DNA from: the human T2T-CHM13v2.0 reference genome, Homo sapiens
Direction: 5' to 3' (one strand)
DNA: 64,000 nt
NCBI RefSeq assembly: GCF_009914755.1
Contig: NC_060944.1
Of the stretch, positions 62,458-64,000 are shown piece by piece; positions within the stretch are counted from its first letter, which is position 1; the number at the start of each line of letters is the position of its first letter. Below the pieces are notes generated by a model. The model worked only from the letters and a program-made list of their open reading frames with translations, was not told where the DNA came from and made no database searches. The position numbers and the translations under genes were made by a program.

Positions 62458-63328
62458 GTAAGCACATGGACCTCTGACAACCTCAGATGTTCCTTCAAGT
62501 GAACTGAACTGTTTGCCCATCTCCTCCCTCCTGGTTTTTGGCTTTGATTTTTTGAGACTTTTCCGAATCCTTCTCCCTGTACTTCCACCTTTCTTCATTG
62601 TTTTCAAAAAGCCAAAAAGTTGCTAAACATCAGGATGCCATGAGCATGGGCATTACGGTGGAGATATTATTCAGGAAAGTTAACTGTCTTTGCACAAAGG
62701 GAATGCAGTAGATGGGCCAGGTATTTGTATCAAATCATGGCTACCTGCATCCAGCAGTACAAATACCTCCCCCTTCCCAGACATTTTTGGAGATGTGAGG
62801 TAAATACAGATTGCGTTTGTATATACTTCCCATTCATTCATTTATTCATTGCATTTCTTGAGTACCTAATTTGTGCTAGGCCATAAGGATTCAGGAGTTA
62901 GCTAAAAAAAATCCATTAACTCATGGAGCCTACATTTTATCACCTTGACATCTACTAGGTTGAGACAAATAACAGTATTTTATGGTTCTTAGCACTGCTA
63001 GACTGTATAAACAAGTATTTGCTTTCTCCTTCCCCTGAACTATTTTTTTTTATTTTTAGTTTTTAATTTTTTTGGCCGGGTGTAGGAATTAATGGTATTG
63101 ACACTTACTTCTTGGATCCTAGACATAACGATATTTGTAAGCCAGTTGGCTAGCGTTAAAACTAATATTCCAGTTACTTAGGGCCTTGTTGCTCCAAGTT
63201 CATTTCACCTACCACCAGCATCAGCATCCCTGGGAGCTTGTTAGAATTACACTTCATGACTCTCACCCCAGAGCTGCTGAATCAGAATCTTCCTCAAGAA
63301 GTGTACCTTAAAGTTCAAGGAACATTGA

Positions 63329-63658
<330 letters not shown>

Positions 63659-64000
63659 TGGCCCATTCTTTGTTCAACCCGTGCTTCTTAACTAGATTCA
63701 CAGTGTATTATCAATTTATTGCATGTTCTAAATGCAATGGATATTTGACAGGTTTTTTTCTGTGCTTTTAGTTCATTGACTTGATGTTAGGGCGTCAATT
63801 TAGCTTTCCAAAAAGTTGAAAAGAGATTTTGTCATCCCAATATACTTATATGTAATTTCTGTTATAACATCTGAAATGTAGGGTTTTCTCTGTAAGTCTT
63901 AGCATCCAATTTACCACTGGTTTGCGTTTTTTTTTTAAAAGTTGTTTACTGTGCTTCTTGCTTTCTCATATCTTGTATGCATATTTGTACTTTTAATTTG

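Noticed and set aside
60606-62588. Overlapping ORFs in the CpG island
   Set aside because: Expected from high GC content; no recognisable homology, and many have non-ATG starts.

Overview
Human/primate genomic DNA at the MKKS (BBS6) locus, recognised as 20p12.2. The complete MKKS gene lies on the minus strand: non-coding exon 1 in a CpG island (~61.1-61.2 kb), exon 2 (47536-47766), and coding exons 3-6, which splice to exactly 1713 nt (570 aa). It is head-to-head with the first exon of SLX4IP (~62.3-62.46 kb, +). The MKKS leader is effectively polycistronic. It carries two single-pass-membrane microprotein ORFs (63 aa in exon 2, 50 aa in exon 3), an overlapping 43-aa uORF, further short uORFs, and a cluster of poly(A) signals between the microproteins and the chaperonin ORF. 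The uORFs themselves have been described before. The sequence also shows that the two microproteins align with each other (R8, LV13-14, G21, HLGxY), suggesting a paralogous His-bearing helix pair. Other items: a processed SDAD1 pseudogene that captured a non-canonical splice isoform, an SVA with a 3' transduction, an old inverted duplication of MKKS intron 3 sequence 27 kb away, a perfect ERE plus CTCF site in intron 1, and a structured cryptic-exon candidate in the last intron. The rest is dense Alu/L1/L2/MIR/LTR/DNA-transposon sequence. Repeat boundaries and subfamily names are by eye and approximate.
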